Assembly: GCA_965205425.1 (NCBI GenBank)
Contig: CBDBGZ010000009.1
Coordinates: forward strand, 1,131,077-1,195,076
Direction of reading: 5' to 3'
DNA length: 64,000 nucleotides
From: Nitrosopumilus sp.
GTDB taxonomy: Archaea > Thermoproteota > Nitrososphaeria > Nitrososphaerales > Nitrosopumilaceae
Shown: positions 38,928 to 50,144 of the stretch, piece by piece
Position numbering within the stretch: position 1 is the stretch's first letter
How the letters are laid out: the number at the start of each line of letters is the position of its first letter
Program-made: the position numbers and the translations under genes
The notes under the pieces: generated by a model
Told to the model about the DNA's origin: nothing
The model's input: only the letters and a program-made list of their open reading frames with translations
Database searches by the model: none

Positions 38928-40211
38928 TTGGAATTACCACGTGGAATGAAAGACTTTGAGGGTAAGGAAAATGCAAACATTGAACACATTAGGAATCATT
39001 TCAAGAAATTATCAAATTTGTATGGGTTTTCATTTATGGATCCATCTCCGATTGAATTATTATCCACATTAGAGACAAAGTCTGGCCCTGGAATAAGAGA
39101 TGAGATTTACTATTTCAAGGATAAAGGAGACAGGGAAGTAGCATTACGATTTGATTTTACAATGGGACTCACAAGATATGCAGCCTCTCAAAAATCAATG
39201 AAGCTTCCAGCAAAAATCTCAGCTTTTGGTGGGGTTTTCAGATATGACGAACCTCAAAAGGGAAGATATCGATACTTTCACCAGTGGGATATCGAAGTTT
39301 ATGGTAAAGCCAGCCTCGAATCAGAAGCTGAAATAATAGAAATTACATCTAGATTATTTGATTCACTCTTACTCAAAGATATTACAATTGATGTCAATCA
39401 TAGAAATCTTGTAGAGTCTTACATCAACAAAGTCTTTGATTCAAAAGATCCAGAACTAGTTGCAGATATTCTACGAGCAGTTGACAAAATTGCAAAAAAA
39501 TCAAAAGAGCAAATTCTAAAAGAATTCCAAGAAAAAGGATATGAAACTCAAAAACTAGAAAAAATTCTAGAGTTCTCACAAATCAAAGGTAGCATTGTAG
39601 AGGTGGAAAAAGCATTTGACACAACACAACTAGAATCCTGGGATGAACTAAAAGCACTAATTGATTCACTGGAGAATAGGGGAGTTTCAAATGTTAGAAT
39701 TAATTTCAGTATTGTACGAGGACTAGATTACTATTCAGGAATTGTTTTTGAAGTATTTGATAAAAATTCTACTTTAGGTGCATTAGCTGGTGGAGGAAGA
39801 TATGATACACTAACTAAAGCATTCAACAGAGAAGATATTGGTGCAACAGGGGTTGCAGGTGGTGTTGAAAGAATCATCTTAACAATGCAAGAACAAAAAA
39901 TAATTCCAGAATCTTCACAAAATAGAGTTGCAGTGTTGTACATTAACGAAGAGATGCAAAAGGTAGCTCACTCTATTGCATCCCTACTTCGACTAAACAA
40001 TATTTCAACTGACATTGATTTAGCAGGACGTAACATGAAAAAACAAATGGATATTGCTACAAATTCTAAATTTGCAATAATTGTTGGTCCACAAGAACTT
40101 GAAAATGGAAATGTAGTTCTCAAAGATATGGTAAATGGAACTGAAGGAACTATTTCGCTAGAAAAACTAACTGAAGACCCAAAATCTATTCTTAATTTAG
40201 AAACGCTCTAG
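38928..40211 (+). CDS. hisS: histidine--tRNA ligase
   Basis: PRGMKDF, LRFDFT, FRYDEPQKGRYR, RGLDYY, GGGRYD. Confidence 0.97.
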   Translation: MELPRGMKDFEGKENANIEHIRNHFKKLSNLYGFSFMDPSPIELLSTLETKSGPGIRDEIYYFKDKGDREVALRFDFTMGLTRYAASQKSMKLPAKISAFGGVFRYDEPQKGRYRYFHQWDIEVYGKASLESEAEIIEITSRLFDSLLLKDITIDVNHRNLVESYINKVFDSKDPELVADILRAVDKIAKKSKEQILKEFQEKGYETQKLEKILEFSQIKGSIVEVEKAFDTTQLESWDELKALIDSLENRGVSNVRINFSIVRGLDYYSGIVFEVFDKNSTLGALAGGGRYDTLTKAFNREDIGATGVAGGVERIILTMQEQKIIPESSQNRVAVLYINEEMQKVAHSIASLLRLNNISTDIDLAGRNMKKQMDIATNSKFAIIVGPQELENGNVVLKDMVNGTEGTISLEKLTEDPKSILNLETL

Positions 40212-40857
40212 TCAACATCATTATTTCAGGACCAGTAGTTAATGATCCGACTACTACACAGTGATTATTTACCAATATTCCTGATGATACATACGGAATT
40301 CCATTGTTGATAGAACTCTGCTCTACTTTTACGCCTAAAACATTGGATATGGTCTTCATATCTTCCTCATTAGCCTCTGGATGGATTGCACCACCAGTAC
40401 CATTTGCAACAAGTACAACACCTGTTTGGTTGAATCCTGATATCTTTTTCTGAATCACCTCAACTCCTAAAACATCTGAAATGGTTTGACAGTCTTGTTT
40501 TGATAACCATGGTGAGACAACTGCACCTTTGTCATTTGCACAGATTACATTCCCAAGTGCATTAAATTTTGTATCTAAAACTCCAACTTCTAAATCAGTT
40601 TCAGCTTTTAGATAATCATATTCATTTTGATAAGCAGTAGTAGGTAGCAAAACTCCTTTGTTGTTCATAACTGATAATGCACCAATCAATCTTGTATTTG
40701 CAACAGCAGTTTGATGGATTTCAATATCAAGATACTCTGCAAGTTTGTCAGATTTGGTTTGAGCAAATCCCATTGGTACTAGTCCAATACTATCATTAAC
40801 ACTAATGTACACTCCAAGGTTTGGTCCACGATACACATCATACTTGATAATATCCAT
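40192..40857 (-). CDS. eif6: translation initiation factor 6 (aIF6)
   Basis: GPNLGVY, NNKG, GNVICANDKGA, TTGPE. Confidence 0.92.
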   Translation of the reverse strand: MDIIKYDVYRGPNLGVYISVNDSIGLVPMGFAQTKSDKLAEYLDIEIHQTAVANTRLIGALSVMNNKGVLLPTTAYQNEYDYLKAETDLEVGVLDTKFNALGNVICANDKGAVVSPWLSKQDCQTISDVLGVEVIQKKISGFNQTGVVLVANGTGGAIHPEANEEDMKTISNVLGVKVEQSSINNGIPYVSSGILVNNHCVVVGSLTTGPEIMMLTRAFLN

Positions 40858-40950
40858 ATCCAGAAAATTGATCGTTGATCGTTATGAACGTAAGGAAATT
40901 TCCCTTCCTATCAGATCGAATATCGACTTGTATGTGCATTATACAGCTAT

Positions 40951-40963
40951 CTAGCTTTAAATA
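40951..40963 (+). promoter_or_regulatory. TATA-box promoter CTAGCTTTAAATA
   Basis: Identical at 41568-41580 and near-identical at 54342-54352, each about 23 nt before an ATG. Confidence 0.7.
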
Positions 40964-40967
40964 ATAA

Positions 40968-41495
<528 letters not shown>

Positions 41496-41602
41496 GTTTT
41501 ACGAATCTAAACCTAGAAATTTTTGATTTTTATATTATTTTTTGAATTTAGTCCCCACTAATTTTCTCTAGCTTTAAATATTATTTAGAAATATTATTTT
41601 TC

Positions 41603-42151
41603 ATGGTAGATCTACAAATACCTGAAGATTTTTGTCACGACGACGTAAAACCAAAAGGACAAACTAACCATTCCGATGGTGAGAATTTCCACTACATTTG
41701 GGGTGACGGAAGATCTGATGGTGCAGCATTTTCAAACGACGATGTAAAAGCAGCCTATGAAGCAAGAGGAGAAAAACAAGTTCCTCTTGGAATTCATGGT
41801 ACTACTGTTGCAGTCGATTGGGATTCCTGTGTAGCAGCTGGTTCATGCATGAGTGTATGTCCAGTTCAAACATTCCAATGGTACAGAACCGAAAAAGATA
41901 TTCCTGCAGACAAATGTATGGGAGAAACTTTTGATGGTACTGGCTTGACAGAACAAGACGAAAGATTAGATTATACAGACAAATCACAACCAATCAGAGA
42001 ACACGATTGTACTGTTTGTATGGCTTGTCAAGAAATCTGTCCTGAAGGAGCAATTCTTATCGAATCTGCTAACCAAGAATGGCACGAGAAGGCAGCCGGA
42101 ACATATGTAATTATGAAATCTGGTTCTGAAAACCCACACGCACACGATTAA
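41603..42151 (+). CDS. dicluster ferredoxin, Zn-ferredoxin-like, paralogue 2
   Basis: LGIHGT, CVAAGSCMSVCP and CTVCMACQEICP. Confidence 0.88.
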   Translation: MVDLQIPEDFCHDDVKPKGQTNHSDGENFHYIWGDGRSDGAAFSNDDVKAAYEARGEKQVPLGIHGTTVAVDWDSCVAAGSCMSVCPVQTFQWYRTEKDIPADKCMGETFDGTGLTEQDERLDYTDKSQPIREHDCTVCMACQEICPEGAILIESANQEWHEKAAGTYVIMKSGSENPHAHD

Positions 42152-42157
42152 AAAGAA

Positions 42158-42186
42158 TTTTTTCTTTTTTCTTATTTTTCTATTTT
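42158..42186 (+). terminator. oligo-T archaeal terminator
   Basis: TTTTTTCTTTTTCTTATTTTTC directly after the ferredoxin stop. Confidence 0.6.
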
Positions 42187-42225
42187 ACATCAACAGATTT
42201 TAACCTCTATTGTTCAACATTTTTT

Positions 42226-42309
42226 GCAGAGGTCGCCTAGCTCGGTAGGGCGCGGGCCTTGAGAGCCTGTGTGCGCAAGCATACGGGGGTTCAAATCCCT
42301 CTCTCTGCG
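42226..42309 (+). tRNA. tRNA-Ser(TGA)
   Basis: Acceptor GCAGAGG/TCTCTGC, anticodon loop CTTGAGA, long variable arm, G discriminator. Confidence 0.93.
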
Positions 42310-42312
42310 TTT

Positions 42313-43263
42313 TTAATTTTCTATTTTAGCTAGTTCTGCTAACATTGCAGATAATTGAATTTCAGAATTTGCTCCGACTAAAACTCTATAATCATATTTT
42401 GCAATTACCTCTAGGATATCTGCTAATTTATCGTGTTTTGATTTGAATACTGCAGAGTTTAGATATTTTAGAAAATCAGATTCAGACATTCCATAAACTT
42501 TGATCAACTCTATCATCTTCTCTCTAGCTTCGGGTACTTTTCCAGACAAGGCAATTTTTAGAACTTCATCTACATCACTAGTTTTTGTCAATCCGGCTGA
42601 TGATTTTACATTCTCCTCAGTAATGCCACCAAGACTTGCAGTTGCTTGTAACAGATTGATTGCATGTCTCAAATCCCCTTCTGTATAATCATAAATTGCT
42701 TTGAGCCCTTTTTTGTCAGATTTTACCTTCTCTTTTTTGGCAATTTCCTCTAGTCTGCCAATAACTTTTTCCTCAAGAACTGATGTGAACTTGAAGGTGG
42801 CACATCTACTTTGAATCGGGTCAATGATTTTTGAAATATTGTTAGCTATGAAAATAAATCTGCAAATTTTTGCAGTATCTTCTATGATTCTTCTCAATGC
42901 AGTTTGTGCATCATTAGTCATTTCATCAGCTTCATCTAAAATGATAATTTTGAATGGAACTTCAGCCATTCCAGCGAATCTTGAGAATTTTTTTACTTTC
43001 TCTCTGACCATTCCTATTCCTCTTTCGTCTGATGCATTTAGCTCTAATGTGTAGTCTTTAACATAATCTCCTAAAATTTGTCTTGCAATACATAATGCAA
43101 CTGTAGTTTTTCCAACTCCTGCAGAACCTGAAAACATCAAGTGTGGCATATCTGTTGGATCCTTGATTAAAGCTTCTAAACTTCCAATAATTTCAGTCTG
43201 GTTTACAACTTCAGAAAGTTTTGTTGGTCGATATTTTTCTACCCACATTCCAGTTGCAGACAT
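42313..43263 (-). CDS. rfcS: replication factor C small subunit
   Basis: WVEKYRP, GSAGVGKT, LELNASDERG, DEAD, SRC. Confidence 0.96.
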   Translation of the reverse strand: MSATGMWVEKYRPTKLSEVVNQTEIIGSLEALIKDPTDMPHLMFSGSAGVGKTTVALCIARQILGDYVKDYTLELNASDERGIGMVREKVKKFSRFAGMAEVPFKIIILDEADEMTNDAQTALRRIIEDTAKICRFIFIANNISKIIDPIQSRCATFKFTSVLEEKVIGRLEEIAKKEKVKSDKKGLKAIYDYTEGDLRHAINLLQATASLGGITEENVKSSAGLTKTSDVDEVLKIALSGKVPEAREKMIELIKVYGMSESDFLKYLNSAVFKSKHDKLADILEVIAKYDYRVLVGANSEIQLSAMLAELAKIEN

Positions 43264-43354
43264 GAGTATCGAAGGCTAATTCCCATTAATAAATCCGAAT
43301 TGGTTATTGTGTAATGCTATACGTTAAAATCAAAATTTAGCATAATTCATGCGC

Positions 43355-43451
43355 GATCAGCCTGTGATTAATTAGGATCAATTGATCTCACTAAATTGTT
43401 AACAGAATTGATCGATCCGATACTTGAGGATCTAAATCAGATTAAGTGATC
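43355..43451. promoter_or_regulatory. GATC cluster (7 sites in 97 bp) in the divergent rfcS / GINS-mcm promoter
   Basis: GATC at 43355, 43376, 43384, 43410, 43414, 43429 and 43448. Confidence 0.55.
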
Positions 43452-43455
43452 TCAC

Positions 43456-43986
43456 ATGGAAATAGACAAAATAGAAAAAGTGCATTCAATAGGATATCGC
43501 CTAAAGGATGCTAAGGTTACAGTAAATCAAGATTTCAAGTATAACGTGGCTGGAATGAAAATTGAAGGCACACAAGGTGATACAAATAACATGCCTCAGT
43601 GGGTAGGTAAAATTATCGCTGATAGCAACATAGGAACATTAACTTCTCCAGATATGATTACCCAACTAAAACAAGCCTTGTCAAAAGAAAAGATGGTTGG
43701 CGAATACCAAATCTCTACACTTGATCCTCACTTTTACATCAAACTAAAAGAATCTATGAAAGAATTGAACCGAGATGATTTTGATAAAGTTGAAAGTATG
43801 ATGTTGGAACTATTTAGAATGCGAAGAGGTAAACTAGTAAAAATTGCAGATTCTATCAAACTAAACTCAGAATTATACAACAAACTAACAGTTGAGGAGA
43901 ATGTTTTCTACAAAACAATCCATGATAACAGCATAGAGTTTGAAAAACAAATAAGAGGAGAACGAGATGAGCACAGCTCAAGCTAG
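43456..43986 (+). CDS. GINS subunit (Gins23-like)
   Basis: MPQWVG, LDPHFY, RRGKLVKIA, LTVEE; overlaps mcm. Confidence 0.82.
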   Translation: MEIDKIEKVHSIGYRLKDAKVTVNQDFKYNVAGMKIEGTQGDTNNMPQWVGKIIADSNIGTLTSPDMITQLKQALSKEKMVGEYQISTLDPHFYIKLKESMKELNRDDFDKVESMMLELFRMRRGKLVKIADSIKLNSELYNKLTVEENVFYKTIHDNSIEFEKQIRGERDEHSSS

Positions 43987-46054
43987 TACATTTACAGATT
44001 CTGCATTATCTGATAAGGTAAAAGAATTCCTTACTAGATTCAAGGATAGAGATGGCAACTACAAGTATGTAGATGTAATCGACGAGATGATGCCAAAGAA
44101 TGCCAAATACATTATCGTAGATTACAATGATTTAGTTATAGAGCCACAAATTGAGGCAATTTTCTCAGAAAACCCTGATAGAATATTTGATGCATTCTCA
44201 AGAGCAATCAAAGAAGCATTACAAACAAGATTCCCTGAATATGCAGAAAAAATCAAAGATGAAGTACGTGTAAGATTAGTCAATTTCCCATTAGAACGAA
44301 GTCTAAGACAAATCAATGCTGAAACAATTGGAAAAATTACAAGTGTTTCAGGAATGGTAGTTAGAGCATCTGAAGTAAAACCACTTGCAAAAGAACTAGT
44401 CTTTGTATGTCCTGATGAACATCCCACAAAAGTAATTCAACTAAAAGGAATGGATGTCAAAATTCCAATTGTCTGTGATAATCCAGCTTGTAAACATAGA
44501 GATTTTGAGTTAAAACCTGAAGCAAGCAAGTTTATCGATTTCCAAATATTGAGATTGCAAGAACTTCCAGAGGATCTACCTCCAGGACAACTTCCTCACT
44601 ATATTGATGTCACAACTAGGCAGGATTTAGTCGATAATTCAAGGCCAGGAGACAGAATTATTCTCACTGGTGTAGTTCGTGTAGAGCAAGAATCAGTTGC
44701 CGGAGTTCAAAGAGGTCACAGTGGATTATACAGATTAAGAATTGAAGGAAATAATATCGAATTTCTCAGTGGACGTGGTTCTAAAACTGATAGAAAGATT
44801 GGAAGAGAAGAAATTTCTCCTGAAGAAGAAAAACTAATCAAATCACTAGGTCAAAGTTCAGATGTTTATCAAAGATTAATTGATTCATTTGCTCCACACA
44901 TTCAAGGTCAAGCATTAATCAAAGAAGCTATTTTGTTACTTATCGTTGGTTCCAACCAAAGATTACTTGGTGATGGAAGTAAGATTAGAGGAGACATTAA
45001 CGTATTTCTTGTAGGAGATCCTGGTACTGCAAAATCTGAAATGCTAAAGTTCTGTGCAAGAATTGCACCAAGAGGTTTATATACTTCTGGTAGAGGTTCT
45101 ACAGCTGCAGGTCTTACAGCTGCTGTAGTTAGAGATAAGACAGGAATTATGATGTTAGAAGCAGGTGCAGTAGTATTAGGTGATCAAGGTCTTGTAAGTA
45201 TAGACGAATTTGATAAAATGAAACCTGAAGACCGAAGTGCATTGCACGAAGTTATGGAACAACAATCTGCAAGTATTGCAAAAGGTGGTATTGTAGCTAC
45301 CCTAAATGCAAGAACTTCAATTTTAGCTGCAGCAAACCCAATGTATGGAAAATATGATCCTTTCAAAAATATTACAGAAAATGTCAATTTACCAATTCCA
45401 CTGCTTACAAGATTTGACTTGATCTTTGTAGTTAGAGATATTCCAACTAAAGAAAGAGATATACAAATTGCAAAACATATCATTCGAAGAAATACAACAC
45501 AAGGTACTGATAAAAAATCTGTTATTGAAGTTGACTTGCTAACAAAATATCTGTCATATGCAAAACGAGGTGAACCCGAACTAACACAAGAAGCAGAAGC
45601 TAAAATTCTTGATTACTATCTACAGATGAGAAATGTAGAATCTGAAGAAATGATTACAGTTACTCCTAGACAACTAGAAGGTATAATCCGACTTTCAACT
45701 GCAAGAGCAAGATTACTCATGAAAGACAAGGTAGAGGAAGAAGATGCTGAACGTGCAATCTTCCTAATTCAGAGCATGCTTCAGGATGCAGGAGTTGATG
45801 TCAATACTGGAAAAGTCGATCTCGGTGTGTTACAAGGAAAACCAAGAAGTGAAGTTTCAAAGATGCAATTATTCATGGATGTCCTCAAAGGTCTTGAAGG
45901 TGATAACAAAGTTCCAGTAGAAGAGAAAACATTTGTAAAAGAACTTGAAAAGAGTGAAAAATTCACTGAAGAAGAAGCAAGAAACTATATCAGAAGAATG
46001 CTCAGAGAAGCATCTATTTATGAATCAAAACCAGGTCACTATAACCGAGTATGA
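43967..46054 (+). CDS. mcm: replicative helicase MCM
   Basis: GDPGTAKS, AAGLTAAV, IDEFDKM, AAANP, LTRFD, TPRQLE; no intein. Confidence 0.97.
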   Translation: MSTAQASTFTDSALSDKVKEFLTRFKDRDGNYKYVDVIDEMMPKNAKYIIVDYNDLVIEPQIEAIFSENPDRIFDAFSRAIKEALQTRFPEYAEKIKDEVRVRLVNFPLERSLRQINAETIGKITSVSGMVVRASEVKPLAKELVFVCPDEHPTKVIQLKGMDVKIPIVCDNPACKHRDFELKPEASKFIDFQILRLQELPEDLPPGQLPHYIDVTTRQDLVDNSRPGDRIILTGVVRVEQESVAGVQRGHSGLYRLRIEGNNIEFLSGRGSKTDRKIGREEISPEEEKLIKSLGQSSDVYQRLIDSFAPHIQGQALIKEAILLLIVGSNQRLLGDGSKIRGDINVFLVGDPGTAKSEMLKFCARIAPRGLYTSGRGSTAAGLTAAVVRDKTGIMMLEAGAVVLGDQGLVSIDEFDKMKPEDRSALHEVMEQQSASIAKGGIVATLNARTSILAAANPMYGKYDPFKNITENVNLPIPLLTRFDLIFVVRDIPTKERDIQIAKHIIRRNTTQGTDKKSVIEVDLLTKYLSYAKRGEPELTQEAEAKILDYYLQMRNVESEEMITVTPRQLEGIIRLSTARARLLMKDKVEEEDAERAIFLIQSMLQDAGVDVNTGKVDLGVLQGKPRSEVSKMQLFMDVLKGLEGDNKVPVEEKTFVKELEKSEKFTEEEARNYIRRMLREASIYESKPGHYNRV

Positions 46055-48177
46055 ACATAGCGAAACTAAAACTTCCTGAATCTGCAATTGAATTTCTAAA
46101 ATCACAAGGATTTACAAAATTATATCCACCTCAAGCAGATAGTGTAAAATCTGGATTACTTGATGGAAAAAGCATTCTAGTGTCTGCTCCTACTGCAAGT
46201 GGAAAAACTTTGATTGCAATGCTTGCAATGCTAAGTTATATTTCAAATAACAAGGGTAAAGTGATTTATCTTAGCCCGTTACGAGCACTAGCTGCTGAAA
46301 AGTTTACAGAATTTAAAAAATTAGAAAAAGTTGCTCTAGGAAATAAAGTCAAAGTTGCAATCTCTACAGGAGATTTTGAAAATATTGAAAAGAATCTTGA
46401 GAAAAGCAATGTGTTAATTCTAACAAATGAAAAAATGGATTCTATTATTCGACATGGTGCAGAATGGGTTGATGATATTGGATTGGTAATTTCTGATGAA
46501 GTTCATTTGATTGGAGATGAAAGCAGAGGTCCAACACTTGAAATGATTCTTACACAACTCAAACTATTAGAAACAAAACCTCAGATTGTAGGCCTTAGTG
46601 CAACAATTACAAATTCTGATGAGATTGCAGATTGGCTTGAATGTAAACTAGTAAAAAATGACTGGCGACCTGTTCCATTATCTGAAGGAGTATGCGATGA
46701 AGGCCAAGTCACAATGAGTGATGGAAAGATCTTTGAAGTTGAGCGCAGTTTGAGAGGAACACCTATTGATTTAGGCGTACAATCTGTACAACAAGGAGGA
46801 CAATCACTTGTATTTGCTGAAACTAGGACTCGTTCAAAATCTCTAGCAACAAAAGCCGCAGACATAATTTCTCAAATATTAGAAAAAAAAGAAATTACTG
46901 ACCTAGAAAAAACATCAAAAAAAATTCTATCTGAAAATGAACATACAGAAATTGTAAAAACTTTAGCAACACTAGTAAAAAAAGGAGTTGCATTTCATCA
47001 TGCAGGATTAAATCAAAAATGCCGAGAAACAATAGAAACAGAATTTCGCAAAGGCACAATCAAACTATTATCATCAACTCCTACGTTAGCTGCTGGTGTT
47101 AATCTTCCTGCAAGACGAGTTGTAATATCTAACATAAATCGATATAATGCAAAAGTTGGAGCAAACAGACCAATAAGTATTCTAGAATACAAACAGCTTT
47201 GTGGAAGAGCTGGAAGACCACAATACGATGATTATGGAGAATCAATTATAGTTGGAAATGGAAACACTGAAGATCTAATTGAATATTACATTAATGGAGA
47301 ACCTGAACCTATTGTCTCAAAAATTACAGATGATAAATCTTTACGAACTCATATTCTAAGTGTTATAGTTACACATCCTGGAATTAAAAAAGAAGAGATT
47401 TTAGAATTCTTTTTACAAACACTAGGTGGATTACAATCAAGAAAACCTACAATAAAATTTGCAATTGATATATCGTTGAGATTTCTTTCAAGCAAGTTTC
47501 TCATAATAAAAAAAGGTGAAAGATATGCTGCAACTGAATTTGGAAAAAAGACATCAATGTTGTATATTGATCCGTTAACTGCAACATACTTTAGAGATTC
47601 AATTGAAAATGTCTCTGAAGAGAGAAAACATACTTTTGGTTTCTTACATTTGATAACTAACTGTGAAGAATTTTTCCCCAAATTCTCACTTCGACAAAGA
47701 GATTATGAAACAGCCAGTTTGATGATAGAAAATAATTCCTCACAACTACTTGAACCAATCTCAGAGTATGATTGCTCAAGAAGTCTTTTAGCCTTGCAAT
47801 CTTGGATTACAGAATCCACTGAATTATCTCTCTCTGATAGCCTCGGAATAGAATCTGGAGACATGCACAGAATGACTGAAAATGCTAACTGGTTATCGTA
47901 TTGTCTTAGGGAGATTTCCAAGCATGTTGAAAGGGCAGATTTACTTGAAGAATTGGGAGATTTGAGGAATAGGGTAGTTTATGGAATTAGAGAAGAATTA
48001 CTTGATTTGGTTAGAGTTAAAGGAATTGGACGAGTCAGGGCTAGAATTCTTTTCAAACATGGAATAAAGAACCTTGATGATTTGAGGAAAATTCCTGTGA
48101 ATAAATTAGCAGAGATTGATAAAATTGGTTCAACCATTGCGGATAACATAAAGGCAGAGTTACGAAGGGTTAGATAA
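46051..48177 (+). CDS. hel308: Ski2-like helicase Hel308
   Basis: PTASGKT, DEVH, LSAT, FHHAGL, GRAGRPQYD, C-terminal HhH. Confidence 0.93.
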   Translation: MNIAKLKLPESAIEFLKSQGFTKLYPPQADSVKSGLLDGKSILVSAPTASGKTLIAMLAMLSYISNNKGKVIYLSPLRALAAEKFTEFKKLEKVALGNKVKVAISTGDFENIEKNLEKSNVLILTNEKMDSIIRHGAEWVDDIGLVISDEVHLIGDESRGPTLEMILTQLKLLETKPQIVGLSATITNSDEIADWLECKLVKNDWRPVPLSEGVCDEGQVTMSDGKIFEVERSLRGTPIDLGVQSVQQGGQSLVFAETRTRSKSLATKAADIISQILEKKEITDLEKTSKKILSENEHTEIVKTLATLVKKGVAFHHAGLNQKCRETIETEFRKGTIKLLSSTPTLAAGVNLPARRVVISNINRYNAKVGANRPISILEYKQLCGRAGRPQYDDYGESIIVGNGNTEDLIEYYINGEPEPIVSKITDDKSLRTHILSVIVTHPGIKKEEILEFFLQTLGGLQSRKPTIKFAIDISLRFLSSKFLIIKKGERYAATEFGKKTSMLYIDPLTATYFRDSIENVSEERKHTFGFLHLITNCEEFFPKFSLRQRDYETASLMIENNSSQLLEPISEYDCSRSLLALQSWITESTELSLSDSLGIESGDMHRMTENANWLSYCLREISKHVERADLLEELGDLRNRVVYGIREELLDLVRVKGIGRVRARILFKHGIKNLDDLRKIPVNKLAEIDKIGSTIADNIKAELRRVR

Positions 48178-49170
48178 TTGATTGATTTACTAATTCCAGC
48201 TATAATTTCTTGCATTGTTGCATTTCTTGTAGTATTTGTAATGACTCCGCCATTAATCAAAATTTTAGAAAAAAGAAATTTTGCAGTAAAAGATATGAAT
48301 AAAAAAGAAGATGTTATGGTGGTAAGACCTGGAGGACCTGCAATCATTGCAGGAATTATTGCATCTGAAATTGTTCTTTATGCATTTTTACAAATGAATG
48401 AAATTCTTGCTATTATCATTACAACATCTGCTGCATTTCTGATTGGTTATGTTGATGATCGAAAAGTTATGGGAGGATGGTTCAAACCCGTAGCTTTAGC
48501 AGTAGCTGCAATTCCAATAATTGCACTTGGTGCATATGATACAGATCTTGCTTTCCCATTATTTGGAACTGTACAAATTCCTGCATTATATCTTGCATTG
48601 ATACTTCTAATGATTCCTATTACTGGAAACACAATCAACTCAATAGATGTTCTAAACGGTGTTGCAAGTGGGTTTATGGTAATTGCTAGTTTTTCATTAT
48701 CAATTTGTTTGTTTATTATACAAAATTATGAAATTGTAATAGTTAGTTTACCTCTTGGATTTGTTTCACTGGCTTTTTACAAATACCATAAAATCCCAAG
48801 TAAGATTTTTCCTGGAGATTCTGGTGCACTAACTTTGGGTGCAATGTATGGTTCTATTGCAATAGTTGGGGGTGTGGAAATAATTGCAGCCGTAGCTCTC
48901 TTACCTGCAGTCATAAACTCATTTTTGTTCCTATCGAGTGTAAAACGAATAGTAGAACATAGAGAGATCAAAGGAGTTCCAGTTGATCATACTGATGATT
49001 TTAGATTAAAGGCTACTGATGATAAAACTGCCCCAATCACGTTAGTAAGATTGATTCTTGCAGGAGGTCCAATGTCTGAAAAACAAATAGGCTTTGCAAT
49101 TTTCAAACTAGCATTATTTTCAGGAATCTTGGCAGTGATTACTGCATTTATGATGGGAGTATCACTTTGA
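48178..49170 (+). CDS. UDP-GlcNAc:dolichyl-phosphate GlcNAc-1-phosphotransferase (AglH/GPT, MraY family)
   Basis: Multi-TM; GYVDD, NSIDVLNG, IFPGDSG. Confidence 0.85.
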   Translation: MIDLLIPAIISCIVAFLVVFVMTPPLIKILEKRNFAVKDMNKKEDVMVVRPGGPAIIAGIIASEIVLYAFLQMNEILAIIITTSAAFLIGYVDDRKVMGGWFKPVALAVAAIPIIALGAYDTDLAFPLFGTVQIPALYLALILLMIPITGNTINSIDVLNGVASGFMVIASFSLSICLFIIQNYEIVIVSLPLGFVSLAFYKYHKIPSKIFPGDSGALTLGAMYGSIAIVGGVEIIAAVALLPAVINSFLFLSSVKRIVEHREIKGVPVDHTDDFRLKATDDKTAPITLVRLILAGGPMSEKQIGFAIFKLALFSGILAVITAFMMGVSL

Positions 49171-49397
49171 AGTCTGGTTTATTTGGATTTTTGTTTGGAA
49201 TGTGGACTCTGATAATAATTGGAGGTGGAATCGTAGTTACACTTCTTGGACCAATTTCAATATCTGGTTTTGGAGATTTTGATTGGTTTATTGGATCTGT
49301 GATTAAAGCAACAATTGCATTAGTTCTAGTTGTAATTTGGATTTTAATTTTGTCAAAATTAAAAAACTGGATTTTCAGAAAGGAAATAAAGTTTTAA
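49167..49397 (+). CDS. small two-TM membrane protein
   Basis: Hydrophobic 76 aa, 4-nt overlap with the upstream gene. Confidence 0.7.
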   Translation: MKSGLFGFLFGMWTLIIIGGGIVVTLLGPISISGFGDFDWFIGSVIKATIALVLVVIWILILSKLKNWIFRKEIKF

Positions 49398-49870
49398 CTT
49401 TCTTTCCATTGTCTTTGTTTTTTGTCGTATTCCTCTCTACTATATCTAATTGAAGCAGGTGAACCCATAACAACAGAATTCTCAGGAACATCTCTTGTAA
49501 CAATTGCACCCATTGCAACTACACTATTTTTTCCTATAGTAACACCTGCTTTGATAACTGCACGTGCACCTATTATCGCATTATCTTCAATTGTAACTCC
49601 TACCATTTTATTACACATTGGATATGGATCATTTGTTAATGCAGCATCTGGTCCTATGAATACATTTTTTCCAATTCTAGAAAGTGGTGGAATGTATGCT
49701 TGACCTTCAATTCTTGTATTTTCACCAATCTTTACATCGTAATCAATATGTGCAAGAGATCCTATACTGACATTATCTCCAATCTCAGTATTGTCTCCTA
49801 CATATGAAAAATGCCAAATCTGAACATTTTCACCAATCTTTGCTTTTTCTGAAATAAAATTAGTAACCAT
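49394..49870 (-). CDS. hexapeptide-repeat N-acetyltransferase (WbpD-like)
   Basis: IGENV/IGDNV repeats, FIGP..LTND.YP. Confidence 0.88.
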   Translation of the reverse strand: MVTNFISEKAKIGENVQIWHFSYVGDNTEIGDNVSIGSLAHIDYDVKIGENTRIEGQAYIPPLSRIGKNVFIGPDAALTNDPYPMCNKMVGVTIEDNAIIGARAVIKAGVTIGKNSVVAMGAIVTRDVPENSVVMGSPASIRYSREEYDKKQRQWKES

Positions 49871-49874
49871 TATC

Positions 49875-50144
49875 TTACAAATGCCATGGGTTTGCCTTTG
49901 TAATAATTTTTTCAGGTAATTTGTCCTTGTAGTTTTTCAGAAATTCCATTTCTTGCTTTTTATCTCGTAACTCATCAGGAAGCATAATTGGAATTTCTTC
50001 AATAATTGGATAGAATCTAGAACATTTTGGGCAAAATATTGCACCTTCTGATACCACATTATCTTTTTCCTTTATTTCAAATAATTCTAAAGGATGATTC
50101 TTGTCTATGGGACACGCCAAAATATCCATCATTGTTTTGTTCAT
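49875..50144 (-). CDS. Trm112 family methyltransferase activator
   Basis: DILACPIDK...CPKCSRFYPIIEEIPIML. Confidence 0.88.
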   Translation of the reverse strand: MNKTMMDILACPIDKNHPLELFEIKEKDNVVSEGAIFCPKCSRFYPIIEEIPIMLPDELRDKKQEMEFLKNYKDKLPEKIITKANPWHL

